From Lepidodermella squamata (taxonomy: Eukaryota; Animalia; Gastrotricha), in NCBI GenBank assembly GCA_047495785.1, contig JBLDXI010000021.1, forward strand, positions 1,736,001 through 1,800,000: a stretch of 64,000 nt of DNA, given 5' to 3'. The translations under genes and the position numbers were made by a program. Positions within the stretch are counted from its first letter, which is position 1; every line of letters begins with the position of its first letter. A model generated the notes under the pieces. That model saw only the letters and a list, made by a program, of their open reading frames with translations, searched no databases and had not been told where the DNA came from. Positions 26,051 to 39,116 of this stretch are shown here, piece after piece.

Positions 26051-26868
26051 ATCTCTTACCTCTTTCCTTACATTCTTGAAGTTATTGCTTTTGAACTGTG
26101 TTTAACGACGTTAAAGGGCGCAAACGCAGATCTTAGCTCACAATATCATTAATAGTCGTTACTCGAGGATAATCATACTTTTGCTCCTGAGATTCTCACT
26201 CTAAGAGCGACAGAAGAAAGTGAAACTCTTTAGAGGATATCTACTCCAGAATTAGGTCCAGCTTTTGTGAGTATCGTCGAAAGTATCGTCACTGTTGTGA
26301 GTGATTCAGTGACGCAACGTTGCCAGTCTCCAATTGCCAATATCTAGTATCTAGGGTGCTAGGTGCAACCAGCTACAAGCATCATATGAAGTTCCTTAAC
26401 TTTTCCTAAAGTGGAACTTCGAACTTCGAGCGTTTCGACTGCCCTCTCTTCCTTTGATAGCCGTGACCTTTGACCTGATAGTGTATTGTGTGCAAGTTGC
26501 CGCGTTGCTATCCAATTCTTTCATTCAAATGCCAATCAGCCCGAAAACGCCATGCGCGATAACTTTCTCGTGGTCGATACCGATCACTGAGTCCAAACAA
26601 TCTTATGTTAAGCCGTTTATATATTACCTCTTGAATATAAACAATCATCTGAAATGATTTTAAATTTCAAAGTGGTATCTGTTACATAGCCGTTGTTTCA
26701 CATCCTCTCTTTGCCTCAGAGAAAAACTTATTGCAGAGAGTGAAGGATGACATGAGCCTTCCTTACATGCAACATGCAACCTACTTTTTTCCTGATATTT
26801 TGATCGCGTTCACTAATAGTACTTATTTAAACCGTTTTGGAATGATTCATTTGTTTTATAGACCTCTC

Positions 26869-27582
26869 ATGGTTTTAAATAAAGACTGCTGCTCTGGCTT
26901 GCATGGTATGCCGCAGGAGGGTCAAAGCCACAGTGTATTTTGCCAAGGTCCGCAGGAGGAGGATCTTCGAAAGAGGCCATTCATCACTCCAGATGACGTT
27001 CTTAAGCTGACCATGCCGACTTCACGATACCTCTGCCCTCCCTCAGCCAATACTTTCAAAATTGATTTTACTCGTTTCAAATTGAGAGATTTGGACACTG
27101 AGACTGTTCTTTTCGAAATGGTCAAGCCGAATAGTGGAGATAAGTTGGCAGAGCATGGAGCTGAGAATGAATTGCCTGCTAATTTTGACGCAAACGATTA
27201 TGATGTTGCGTTCGGACGTAGCGTGCGCTATCATTTCACTCCAAATTTTCTGCGATTGAAAAACGTTGGAGCAACCATTGAATTCACCGTTGGGAACTTA
27301 CCCGTCTCGCGATTTCGAATGATCGAAAGGCATTATTTTGGACAAAAATTGCTGAAATCATTTGACTTTGAATTTCCATTCTGCATGCCACATTCGCGGA
27401 ATACTTGTGAACATATTTATGAATTTCCGCAATTAGACGAGGATGAAATCCGAGAAATGATTAATCAGCCTTTCGAAACGCGCTCTGATAGCTTTTATTT
27501 TGTTGATGATAAACTCATTATGCACAACAAAGCTGAATATGCTTACAGTGCATCAGGTGATATCATAGTCGAAGCCCCTTAG
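26869..27582 (+). CDS. UNC119: UNC119 lipidated-cargo chaperone
   Basis: ITPDDVL...[33 protein letters not shown]...[51 protein letters not shown]. Start taken at the ATG after the acceptor at 26861. Confidence 0.95.
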   Translation: MVLNKDCCSGLHGMPQEGQSHSVFCQGPQEEDLRKRPFITPDDVLKLTMPTSRYLCPPSANTFKIDFTRFKLRDLDTETVLFEMVKPNSGDKLAEHGAENELPANFDANDYDVAFGRSVRYHFTPNFLRLKNVGATIEFTVGNLPVSRFRMIERHYFGQKLLKSFDFEFPFCMPHSRNTCEHIYEFPQLDEDEIREMINQPFETRSDSFYFVDDKLIMHNKAEYAYSASGDIIVEAP

Positions 27583-28049
27583 CTTTTGGACCAATGTGCT
27601 ACAAGTATGGGTCTGAATCTGGCTACTGGCCAATATTTTCCCTATTCTTGACCGTTTTACCGCACGTGTGATGTCTTTGTTTCACGTGATTGAATGTGTC
27701 TCTCATCTTATCCTGAATTTTGGTTGCCCTGGAATATCATGGAAGTGCTTATCTGTTTTCCTATTTGAAAATTTTGATTTATTAGAATTTTATTATACCG
27801 CTGTCACCTAATCTATGTCATCGATCATTATTTTATCTCAAATCAACATTCTCAAATTGAGTCTGGTCATATCAAACTTGTTAATTTTTCTTCTCAAAAC
27901 GAATACAAAATCTAAAATGGTTTCCTGCTCGATATTCACCTGGAATATTACTTGCAGCAAGCTTGATGCTTTTATATAATAAGAGAACCATAAATTATGA
28001 TTTTTATACATCTTTGTATTTTATTTTAGGATCATGTTACCGTAATAAT

Positions 28050-29068
28050 ATGCGCCACAAGCGCCCAAAATCTGCCACGAAAAGTGATAGCAACGCGATT
28101 ACATTGGGAAAGTTACATCCTGTGATAGTTTGTCGGCTTTGTCGAGGATACATCGTTGATTGCATCACTATTGTGGAATGTATGCACTCGTTTTGCAAAT
28201 CTTGCATTGTAAAATATCTTAACGATCAAGAGGAGCGTTACGAATGTCCAAAATGTGGACAAATAATTCACGAGTCCAATCCCTGGAGTTACCTTGCACA
28301 AGATAGCGCTCTTCAGACTATAATTTACAAACTAGTACCCGGTCTGCAAGAAGCGGAAAATCGGAAATGTGCCGAGTATTATAAACGGCGTGGCATCTCC
28401 CCTCCTCGAAGAGAACAAGACCTCGCTGGTGAAAAACCTGATTTCAGAGATAACCATCGCTCGAAAAAACATAACACTGCTGATGCAAAAAACGTTGTTA
28501 GCGAGAAAACAAAGCTCACTGACAATGACAACCATCGAATGGATGAACAAATAAGCATTCAGCTGATATCATGGCAACTTGCGGGTAAAACTGCTGATAA
28601 AAGCGCTCAAATGGAGGAACTTGCTCAACATACAGCTGATGGAAAAATCTTTCGGCCGTTTCTTCGCCTTTCCTGTTTCGCAACGGTGAACCACCTGCGG
28701 AAATATTTAGCTTATCGCCTCAACGGCACTACAGATCGATACGCCGATGTAATTTTACTTATTAAATGACACCTTGGATTAATTATTAACCCGGATTATT
28801 TTATATTTTGATGTAGTTCGAGCTGTTTTGCGAAGGTCGGCCTCTTTATAAGGAGCATACCCTGAAATTTATTGCCGCTACTGTATGGGGCCATATCGTC
28901 GACCAATCCGAGAAAAGTAGCATCGACTTGGTGATGCCTATTGTTTATAGAAATCGCTCTGCTAGTGGTGACGCAACGGATGATGGCGACGACAGTGATG
29001 ATAAGGATGCCATCATGTCTGATACTAACACCACTCAAAATAGTAATTCGGTGTCATCGCCTGTTTGA
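28050..29068 (+). CDS. PCGF3: Polycomb group RING finger protein, PCGF3/5-like
   Basis: RING CRLCRGYIVDCITIVECMHSFCKSC...CPKC, DNDNHRMDEQISI, RAWUL domain with EHTLKFI. One intron (~28749-28816). Confidence 0.85.
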
Positions 29069-30422
29069 CTCATCAAGGCTTATGCTGTTCTTTGCTTTCA
29101 TCTCGGATCCGTCACATTCTTTTGTTATCGGATGTGCTTGTATTGTAATATTATATTCACGATTAAATTCTCTCAGCTATTAGCGAATAGTTAAAGTGAA
29201 TGCGTGTCTTTTTTGTTATAAATAAATCAAGCTGAAAAAATTTCTTCACGGTTGCACGGCAAGAGGTGTTACTGCTTTGATGATTGAGCCTCTGCTTGAT
29301 TTATTAGTATTGTCTGGTTGGTCTCGGGCGGTTGCAATTTTGATTTGTTTCGCGCATTTTGATGATCACGACTTTCTGCTGCGCCCTCGAGAATCTGAAG
29401 CTTATTTCACTGAAAACTTTGCTTTGGTTATTATTTTCTGAGAGCCAAAAAAGTGAAAACAACAATAAATTGAAAGTTTATTTCCGTTGACTTGCTCGAA
29501 AACTGAGTTTGGTAACCGATCGCAATTACATGCGAATGGCCATAGGACGAAGCGCTTATTTCGGAGAAAAGGTACTTCAAGGTGCAACAATTGCATCGTT
29601 CAATTTGGAAGCGCATAACTGACACTCGCTGCAGGGACGATTTACAGATGACATCGGGCATTACTTTACAAAAGGGCAAGAGCGAGAGAGGAACCAGAAA
29701 CCAACCATCTAAGCTACAACTTTCAATGATGACTTTTTACACAGAGATAGACATAGTGGAGACTGCTTAAAAATGAAAGACGCGTACTTCTCAAAGGGTC
29801 AAATGAATCAGTTGGGTGTGCTTTTTATAGAAAACCGGCCATTCGGATGTGATTCTTCACACAAAGGTACACGCGGATTTTTCAGCATGATTGCGAGGCG
29901 TCAGCAACAAAAATATGGTCAAAAATCTATCAGCTTTCCTCAAGTGCTACGATGATGACGATGATGATGAAGACCAGATATAAATTTTTATACTCTAAAT
30001 ATATATATATTTATATGCAATTTGTGGCACCATAGAAAATAAATCTTGATTCGCACCGTAAAACAATCAATTGTGCACTAACAGAGTTGAGTTCAAGTAT
30101 TCTTGCAGCAGCTGCTTTATGATACATCAGCCATCTCTTTCTTAATTGCATTCACTCATTCATATTTCTTTCTGATATTTTTCAACTTTTTTGCCAACAT
30201 CCAGGTATACTTGAGCATGTTTTTTTCAGACTGAGGAATGCACATCGCGCTCGAATAGCTGAGCGCAAGATAATCACAAAAGCTATATTTTGAAAGTCAT
30301 AAATTTCACCAAGAAAGAATCGTACATAAATGATTCACACGCGCACTCGCGAGTAGGAAGAATAGAGGCTTGAGGAAGAGTTAGTTTGATAATTGAAATT
30401 GACTGACGCTTTCATCTCGCTA

Positions 30423-32215
30423 TTATTTCTGAGGTAAAAGAACGTAGACACGCGACTGCCTCGAACCGGCGTTGACGCAGCGTGCGCCAACCACAGATTT
30501 TCCATTGCTATTAACCATCACTGGCGGCGTCTCCGGAGGCGTCAGCTGTTCAAGGTAAGTCGAAACTGCGTTCGCGAACGGAATCACGCTAGGGGCAGCC
30601 GAACTGGACAGCGGATAAGGTTGCGCGCGCTGTTGAGCTTGATGCTGCGAGCGCGTGTGTTTGCCCGTTATACTGCGGCAATTCCGACCCATGGCTTGGG
30701 CTCGAGGCGTGGAAGAAGCCATTGGACTGACAAGTTCGTTCTGATAAGGCACAACGGCTGGGTTGTAATGAATCATTTCGACTTGATCGGGCGGTGGCGA
30801 TGGAGGTAGCTTCTCACCTTGGTTCTCGCTGTGAGCCCTATTAAAGCACATTTTTAGAATTATCGGCATGCCTCAATAGCAAAATCAAGAACATGTTTTC
30901 AACTTCTTCGAACTGTTCTATAATATTATTGCTTTAATATTCGCATTTTTGGTTTTGTTGACCTTTTGTTTTCCATTATTTCACCAGAAAATTGTACGGT
31001 GCTATTGTCAACGTGTTCAACTCGAACAATACTAACTCATTTGCTAGGAATAGTACTAAATGTTGACACATAATAGCTATTCAAGACATTACCAGGAACT
31101 AGACGTGCCAAGTACAGTCCATAAATTGTTTCTAAAGTATCTGTCGCAAAGAAAACGTACGTTAAGACAGAGTTGACCACTTGAGCAAACTGATGGCTGT
31201 CGTAGGGGACTTGCGGAGCAACGACGCTAATAGCGGTGTTCATTAAAACTTCCAAGTCTTGGATGTTTTGACGCAGCAACTTGACACCGCGAACAACCAT
31301 GACCGACGGCGGTAAGTTCCAGTTGTTGCCGCTGTTGATCCTGAAAGCGCCGTGCATGCAAGCCGCAGCGAGATAGGAAGGCAAAGTTGAGTAGAGCAAC
31401 TCAGGCCGTTGCAATGCCAGTTCCGCCAGATACTCCGCATGCGTTACCAGCTCTTTGATGAACGGTGGAAGCTCCGAAGCTGAGGAGATACACGGCATTT
31501 GCTTGAGCAGTAGATTCATTTCGGTTATGAAAGCACCGAGAAATGTCGAGAGCGTCGGATAATTGATGTTCCAGTTGAAGTAGCGCAAAATTCGAAGTTC
31601 CATGTCGCGGTAATTTTCAAGAGGGAATTTGGGCATTTTCAAGCGAGCCACCACAGCATCAAACCCAGGATTGCCTTGCTTGATCGGAAAATTGCACGAC
31701 ATCAAGTAAGTCACAACAGCACAGTCCTAAAAATAAAGCTTCCTGGATAAAAAATCGAATGGAATGGATTCAATTCTAATTACCTGCATAGTCACATCGC
31801 GGAAATCACTGGCGCTTGGGACATTGTAGTGAATGTCCTCAACCTTAGCTGCAACGAGCAGGCACGCTTGCATAAGCAAAATCGAGTGCTCAGCAGCTAG
31901 AATTTCTCTGTTGTAGGGATAGCTCATGCTCATGTTGTACAAGAGCGTTGCCGAATCGAAATGATCGAACAGGCTAATAGCTAGCGAGCGCGACAGTGAA
32001 TTTACTTTTTTCTTCTCGCAGAACTCGGCAAGATAGTCGACTAGGATACGGCGCAGTTTCTGCTTCGTCTCATTCGGCTTCGATGAGTAAGGTCGATAGG
32101 TCTCTTGCTCACGAGTCGCCCATAGCTTGAACACGCTCGGATAAATCGAGTGAGATAAACTCAGATCGTAGTAGCCTTTATCGGCACACGATAGCGACGA
32201 ATTGTAAGTCGTCAT
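30423..32215 (-). CDS. Cyclin, most similar to cyclin J
   Basis: Cyclin box LRRILVDYL...ACLLVAAKVED...MELRILRYFNWNINYPT, a C-terminal cyclin fold, and a Pro/Ser-rich last exon (30837-30423). Confidence 0.75.
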
Positions 32216-32529
32216 TTCGCTTAGTCAGAGCTGTGTTTTCACGTAGGGGCTAATCAAAGAGCCTTTGATTTGACTTGGTAAACGAGCAGTATACGATTAG
32301 AACATATCCAGTTGATTGTTGATAAAGGAAAATGTATGGAAATTCAAGATTTAATATGCTGTATTGTATCAGTAAATCAAGTCTAAAATTAACAAAACAA
32401 CGGCATTTGTAATAATTCTTGATATAAGAATTCAGTCAACTTAAGCAAAAAAGAAGTGTAACGCATTCAAATTACAGCTAAAACATTCTCGACAATGGCG
32501 AAAAGTCAATTTTTTCAAAACAATTGTGT

Positions 32530-35500
32530 TCACAGACGAGCCAACTTCTTTTTCGGAATGAACGGCTTAGGCAGCGGGTAGAGACCGCAGGACAGCTTGA
32601 ATTCCGTCATGTCGCTAATGAACACGGACTTCATGCCAGCTGGTCCAGTTGGTTTTTCCGAGGAAACTCCTTTCTCAAAATGTTTTTCCAATGCTGCCTT
32701 GTCCTCAGCTGAAGAAACAACGTGAACGGACAACTTTCGAACGCTATCACTGCCGTTCAAGTTTGAAACAGGGTGGATATTCGTTTTGAAAAACTGAAGA
32801 AGTTCTGCTTTCTCGACTTTACGCAGTTCAGCAACTTCAACCTCGTCGCGATTGAAATGATACCAACGAGATATAATTTCATTCCAGAATTTGCCGGCTT
32901 CTTCAGACATTTTCTTCGACTTCTCGAGACGGCGAACAGCCAGAGCTTCAATATTCTGTTTATACTGCTCTTCGCTCATTTCCTCCAGATCTTTCTGTAA
33001 CAAGGAAAAAAACTTATTAAGGAATTCAAGGAAAACTGCCCATCAATTACTTCAAATTTGGTGAAAAATTCTGCGCATTTCTCTTCCAGAGTGAAGCAAT
33101 CTCGGTCCGATTGAATGATCAATTGTAGACCTTGGCAACCATGGTTACGGCGAATTGAACTATGAACGATATATCCAAGTTGCTGCTTCGTGCGCAGCTC
33201 GTCAAATGCAGGTTCGTGGATGATTTGATGCAAGAGTTCCAACAAAACGTTGCCCCTGATGTTTTCAGGCCCCAGTTGGAAATACAAGTTGATGGCGTTG
33301 TTTGAGTGAACAACGTTTGTTTCAGCCAAGACAAAGTTCGAATGAGCAGGCAACTGAATTTCACGGACGTAACGGCGCTGGTTTTCAGGCAACGGTCGAG
33401 AGTTGAAACCTTTAACCAGACGATCTTCAATGTGGCGACCCAGCTCAACAGCTTTCGGCTGAGATACGTTTCCATACATCAAACCCTCAACACTAATTCT
33501 GCTCAACAGCTGAGGCAAAAAGGCGGTTAGTTCTTCCACTGTGACATTGCTCAAAGCTTGAAGCATTTCGTCATTCGTCCATCGAGTATCGGAAATCACA
33601 ACTGCCGTGTAATACATTGCATGACGGTAAGGCTGTTCAGCCTTGAAGTTTTGGAGATTTCTCTCGAAAGCCTCTGAAAATTAACTGTTGAAATACAATC
33701 GAAATATGGAATTAAAACGTACCTTTTATCACTTTGAAACGGTTTGGATCGGGTTTGAAAGCGCACATTTTGTCGAGGATTTTATCCAGCAAAACGTGTT
33801 GCTTGTGGTTATATCCTGCAATTTGCAGGCTGATTCCATTGAACTATTTTACAGAGATGAGCAAACAAGCTTTAATATACAGACAAAGTTTTACCGTGGC
33901 GTCCAATGAATAACGCAAGCCTGCCAAATCAGCGTTATACGTGTACTCGTTCAGTTCGTCAAGGAAGACTTGAGCGAACAGTTGAGTGAGTACAGTCGAC
34001 TTGGGGTCAGAATACGAGTATGGGGAGTAAATGTGCCACTTAAGATAAGCTTTCGGCAGTTTGAAGCGACTATCAGCCTTGTACCAGAGCTCAGTCATAT
34101 CGGAATTGGCAACCAAAGCAGGAATAGGCGCTTTCTGCTCTGTCTCTGAGCTTTGAATGGAGAAATCAGTAGGGATGAACTCGTTCTTTTCGGGCAGCTT
34201 GAATGCGCTATTCAGCCCAGCACTGTTCCACTCGGACAGAAGATCTTTCGGAATCGGAACCTTGCCGAATTTCGTGCCGTACCATTGCTCCGTGAGATCG
34301 GCCTTATCTTCCACCTTCTTGCTAACAATATCGATGCGCATGTTGTTGGCATTCAACTTGCCGATGCATTCGGCGATGAGATCAGGGGCAAAATTTTCCA
34401 TCGCATACGAGCCGTAGATGGCATCTTCCAACGGATAGACATGCATTGCCGATGTCAGATTAACAACGGCATCGGTCGGCCGGTCCTTATCGCGGAAGCG
34501 GAACTTGATTTTTTTCAACTCACTCTCTTCCTCGAAAATCCACTTTTGCGGCCCGGCTTGCTTCAACATTTCCACATATTGGAAGAAGAGCTTGACGATC
34601 TCATTGATGTGTTTCGTGCCTTCTTCCGACAACTCCATTTCAATGCCGAAAAAGCCGAACCCAACCGCAGGGGCGTAGTTCCCAGCAGCCAAATTGTTCA
34701 CCCAGCCTCGGGCCTTCAGCTCGGATAAAAGGCTCCCTGGACCCTCATGACCGATCAAATGACTGATGTAGCCAAAGGGTTCAGATTTGTAGTGCTCGCG
34801 TGCATCAATTGTAGCGAATTGGAGCGAGAGACTATGAATGTCTTTAATAGGGACAATGTAAAACATTTGGCCCGCATTTTCAGGCTTCATAGGATGACTG
34901 TGCCACCATTCCGGTCGTTTGACGCTACCGTTGCGAACGTCCGAAAACAGAGACACGACATCTTCCTTCAACTTTTCCAAAGGTTCCTTGCCACAAACAG
35001 CGAGGGACATTATATTTGATGAATAGTATTGAGAATGAAACTTCAACAACTCGTCACGGACATTCAGACCTTTGGCACGTGGGGTGGTCTGAAATCAAAT
35101 TCGCAATTAAATTGTGACCTATCCCTATTAATGCCCAACTTACATCCAAAGTTTCGGTGTTTCCAGTTCCGAACTTCGCGAAGTCGTGATTTTGATCCAT
35201 TGTGGATCGGCGGAGTTGATTCACACGCCACGCATCGACCTGAAGATTCTTGTCATTTTCAGAATTAACGGCATTAATCTCTCGAGAAGTTGCCGATTCA
35301 GTAAATAGCGGCGAATGAAAGAATGAGGCGAACCTTAGCAAAGTTATTTTCAATAATTTTGCTCAAGTTGATAACTTCAAAATACCTGTCCAATGCACCA
35401 TGCAGAGCATTTGGTGCAACCTCGAAGTGATAACTTGTCTGATCGTCCGCTGTAAAGGCGTTGGAGTAACCACCATTTTCACTCAGATACTTGCTGTACT

Positions 35501-35998
35501 CATTTTCTTGAGGGTACTTCTCGGTACCCAGAAAAAGCATGTGCTCGCAAAAATGAGCCAAGCCTGGAATGTGCCACGGATCACTGAGATGGCCCACACC
35601 GACTGAAAGGGCAGCTGCCGCTTTGTCTGCTTGGGAATCACTGTAAGAGAAAAACTAAGCATCCATGCCAAAATGGTGTAACTCAAACATACCTAACGAG
35701 TATCACCTTCATTTGATTGCTAAGAATCAATCCGACGTATTCGGCAGTGTCATTGTCGGGCTTCTTAATTTTAATTTCTTTTATAACTTGTAAAGGCGGC
35801 ATTTCGGCTGAACTGGAGAACAAAGCAACTCGTCTACAAAGAAAATGAATTTAATTATTATGGATGAGCATAAAGCTGATTAAACAAAACGAACTTGAAC
35901 GAAGGAATACGAATACTCGTTTTATGAGAAAATATATGGGGAACCCGATGCACCCATGACGAACTAGCGAGCACCGATGTGATGCGTGAAAATAACAT
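32530..35998 (-). CDS. IDE: Insulin-degrading enzyme (M16A metalloprotease)
   Basis: Inverted zinc motif [47 protein letters not shown]-terminal ARL. Multiple short introns. Confidence 0.96.
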
Positions 35999-36130
35999 CC
36001 CAAACCTCAAAAAGTAACTGCAACAAGTGTAAAACAAACCTATTCCAAATTTTATCAATTCATTGATAAATAAACAGTAATTCGAACACAAGATACAGCA
36101 AGCCGTGAGCAAATGCTCGTTACCTGAAGG

Positions 36131-37519
36131 TCATGACATAGCTGAGATGGCGGCGCCAAGTGCAGAATTCACTTGATCCACAAAAACAATTTTCATTTTA
36201 GGAAAACACTGGTTAACTGCGCCCTTCATAACGGGAAGAGAAAATGCCTTGCCGACACAGATAAGAGTAGCATCATCATAAAGCGAAAAGAACTCGTCAG
36301 GGTAAAAAGACAATGCATTTCGAACAATTGCTAAACAAGTGGCAGAAAACAGCGCCTTCAAATTCATTGAAGAAGAAGGTTTAATGTTGAAAAGAGACAT
36401 AGTAGTGTTAGGCTCATGTCTCTCCCCAAATAAAGTAGCATTGGCTTCAATGGTCGACTCGCCATCGAACTCAATCGCTCCTATGGTATTCCACAGTTCA
36501 CTTTCAGATGGCGGCAGTATATTCATTGATTCGACAAATTCCATTGTAGCTCGGACTAGAAATGACAGTACGTTTCCGCCATTCAAACTAGCAGCTACTG
36601 CAATAGACGAATCCTTTGCGAAATATGGCCATATGCCTATTTTCGCTGAGTCAGAAGGTAGAACAGAGTTGTCTAGCAATGGTGCCGCAAGTTGGCAACC
36701 TGTGCCGAAATTGAAAACAATAGGCTTCGAACCAGCATCAGATGCTTTTAATGCAGCCAACACTGAACACTGAAAATCGCCCAAAGCAACCAAAACTTCT
36801 GCAGTACGTGGAATCCCAAGCCACTCGGCAGATAAATTTCCGATACTGTCGCCAGGAAACTTGATGATTGGAAGGAATCTCTGGCTATTCGGTAATGCTT
36901 CATTCAACAAATCAAATCGCCAATCATTGGTTTTACAATCAAAAAATCCCCAAGAGTAAGCTAACTGCGTACTTGTAAATATTTTACTGTCATTACCGCC
37001 GCAAATTACCCAGGCGAAAAAATCCATGACAGTTCCGACATGCGCGAATTCATCCAATTTACTAGATTCATACTGTGATATCCAACATAAACTAGCACAA
37101 CCAAACCCTGAGGCCAACAAGTTACCCGAAGACGGTAGCGATTGAATGAAAGTTGAGTCGCACCTAGCGTCTTCCCATGTTATCAAGTTGTGAACAGCTT
37201 TATCAACAATTTGGAAACTCTTTAATTTTTCATCAAATTTCCAGCAATGAGTTTTCCACAAAGTCACGCCGTGCATTTGTCCACAAGGTACTATTTTGTG
37301 CACCAATTTCCGGAGTTCGTATGGTATTTCGGATACGACACTTTCGCATGCCTGGAAAATGGAGATAATATCTTGCTCACGACGAGGCCCGCAATTTCGT
37401 GAAGAATCGTGAGGCTTGCTACTCTCAAACACTAGGTGTCCAGCGATTTCATCAATAACGACAGCCTTCACGTTAGTTGTGCCAATATCAATCCCAATTA
37501 TCATTGATCGGTCACGCAT
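36131..37519 (-). CDS. SHPK: Sedoheptulokinase (FGGY family), intronless
   Basis: GIDIGTTNVKA, CGQMHGV, LITWEDARC, ALGDFQCSV, VAASLNGGNVL, GERH. Confidence 0.92.
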   Translation of the reverse strand: MRDRSMIIGIDIGTTNVKAVVIDEIAGHLVFESSKPHDSSRNCGPRREQDIISIFQACESVVSEIPYELRKLVHKIVPCGQMHGVTLWKTHCWKFDEKLKSFQIVDKAVHNLITWEDARCDSTFIQSLPSSGNLLASGFGCASLCWISQYESSKLDEFAHVGTVMDFFAWVICGGNDSKIFTSTQLAYSWGFFDCKTNDWRFDLLNEALPNSQRFLPIIKFPGDSIGNLSAEWLGIPRTAEVLVALGDFQCSVLAALKASDAGSKPIVFNFGTGCQLAAPLLDNSVLPSDSAKIGIWPYFAKDSSIAVAASLNGGNVLSFLVRATMEFVESMNILPPSESELWNTIGAIEFDGESTIEANATLFGERHEPNTTMSLFNIKPSSSMNLKALFSATCLAIVRNALSFYPDEFFSLYDDATLICVGKAFSLPVMKGAVNQCFPKMKIVFVDQVNSALGAAISAMS

Positions 37520-39018
37520 GAAGTAGATGACAGTAAAAAGATACTTAACAATCTACTTTCCATAACAATACAAGCTTTAGCGAAAGCTGTAGAAATGACA
37601 AACAACAAAATGGCTGCCTTAAAGCAGCAAAACTATATTTTAAAATATTGATAAATTCAGTCAAAGAGCTATTCAACGTATTTATATCAACAGCAAGTAT
37701 ATGAAAGCTGTTGACATGATGCTGATTGGCAAGCCAAGCCAATATGACTTAATAGTCTCGCATAGCTCCAACCCTAAAGCCTCAAAAAATGAGTATCAGC
37801 TGTGATTAAACCATAACTTCTGATCTGTTTATGTCGGTATCAAGCAACCAACTTCATGTCGTTTCTTTTGCCCCGTGAGGGAAATTTTCATAATGCACTG
37901 GACAAGCCTAAAGCTCATTAATTTGCAAGCTCACTGATTTCTTTGTTCCTTCATAAGCTAGGTAATTGTCTCCACATTGTAAAGAATGCGGTCAAAAATA
38001 AATGAAAGAATCCCTTAAAATCACCTGTTGTATCGCTCGCTGACCACTTGTTACGTCCGACGAACAGTTTCCTGGTAGGGCGAAAAAAACGATATCAAGA
38101 GCATAAGCAGCGTTTGTCAATCTTCGGAGAATAGAAACTGCCGGTAAGCATAAATAGCAAATCATAGAAAACCATGGGAAAATTTCAGCGCAAAGTGAGT
38201 ATTGAATGTCCTCGGAAGCTAGTGAATACTTATGTCTCATCATGCCTGCTTAACACCTCAAGCGATAAAGAGATTATACCTTCATGGCATATCAGAAAAA
38301 CTTGCCTTCTGTGCACAGTGCCGCGCATGAGACAAGTCATGGGCAGTCGCCAAATGGATGAAACAGCATAACACCAAAGCGCCATGTGCCATCCTAAGAG
38401 ATTCTCCGTAACAGGATCTGATCCACTGCCGAGTAACGAGAGACAAACAGAACAGAAATTAATTTAATGAGACTTCAAACTTTCACACCGACACTTCATA
38501 CTAGCTTTTTAACTGATAAAATTAATACTAATAGGTGAAACTAGCTAGTTTTCACGTAGTCACATTGGATAGAAACATCTCAGCTAAGGAAAACTCCCAT
38601 CAGATGGATAATATAGATAAAATGGCGCCAATGTGTCTCGCTTCAATAGGCGAGATAAAAAGCACATAACAGCCAAAATCAAACCTTGAAGCATCCTCAG
38701 TGCTCAGTGAAATTCAAAGAGTATGAGCGAATAAACATGACACGAAACGCGACAATGACGAGAAATTTTCCTAACAACCAGCTAAATCGAAAAGGTAGCC
38801 TCAAGAACCATTGGTCAAGCCAGACTGATCTGCTTGCTATCACTGACGTGACCACGACAAGTCAACAGGAAACACCATGACCACTTGGTACGACGTACGA
38901 CGTACAACGTACAACGTCGCGCACGCCCACGACTTCTTTAGCGTCTCACTTCTTCGACAGCTTACCGCTGCAGCCACTTGCCACTTGCGCCGACTCCGAA
39001 CGAAAAAATTCGCGGGCC

Positions 39019-39091
39019 TTTAAATAGCAAACTGACCTTTAAATTTTTATAATCAAATTTGTAGAATTTTTAATCGACTCCCTTTATATAT
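39019..39091. promoter_or_regulatory. Candidate divergent promoter with back-to-back TATA-like boxes
   Basis: Minus-strand TATTTAAA (39019-39026) and plus-strand TATATAT (39085-39091) in an AT-rich core. GC-rich leaders with 5' splice donors flank both sides. Lies between two divergent gene blocks. Confidence 0.5.
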
Positions 39092-39116
39092 GTGAAAATT
39101 AGAGCGCAAACTGTAT

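Noticed and set aside
34153-34728. 191-aa plus-strand ORF and similar antisense ORFs (43755..44273, 44994..45476, 18722..19216, 36339..36773)
   Set aside because: Antisense shadows of well-supported genes (IDE, SDAD1, LYAR paralogue, SHPK) with no recognisable motifs.
36131-37519. Horizontal transfer of the intronless SHPK
   Set aside because: Motifs are those of animal-type SHPK, and other host genes here (UNC119, SmF, PIG-X) also lack coding introns.
38196-38232. miR-12-like seed hairpin (TGAGTATT...AATACTTA)
   Set aside because: The hairpin is only ~37 nt, too short for a pre-miRNA.
38772-38790. Partial miR-34-like 3' sequence (TTAGCTGGTTGT on minus)
   Set aside because: The seed region is absent and there is no precursor hairpin.
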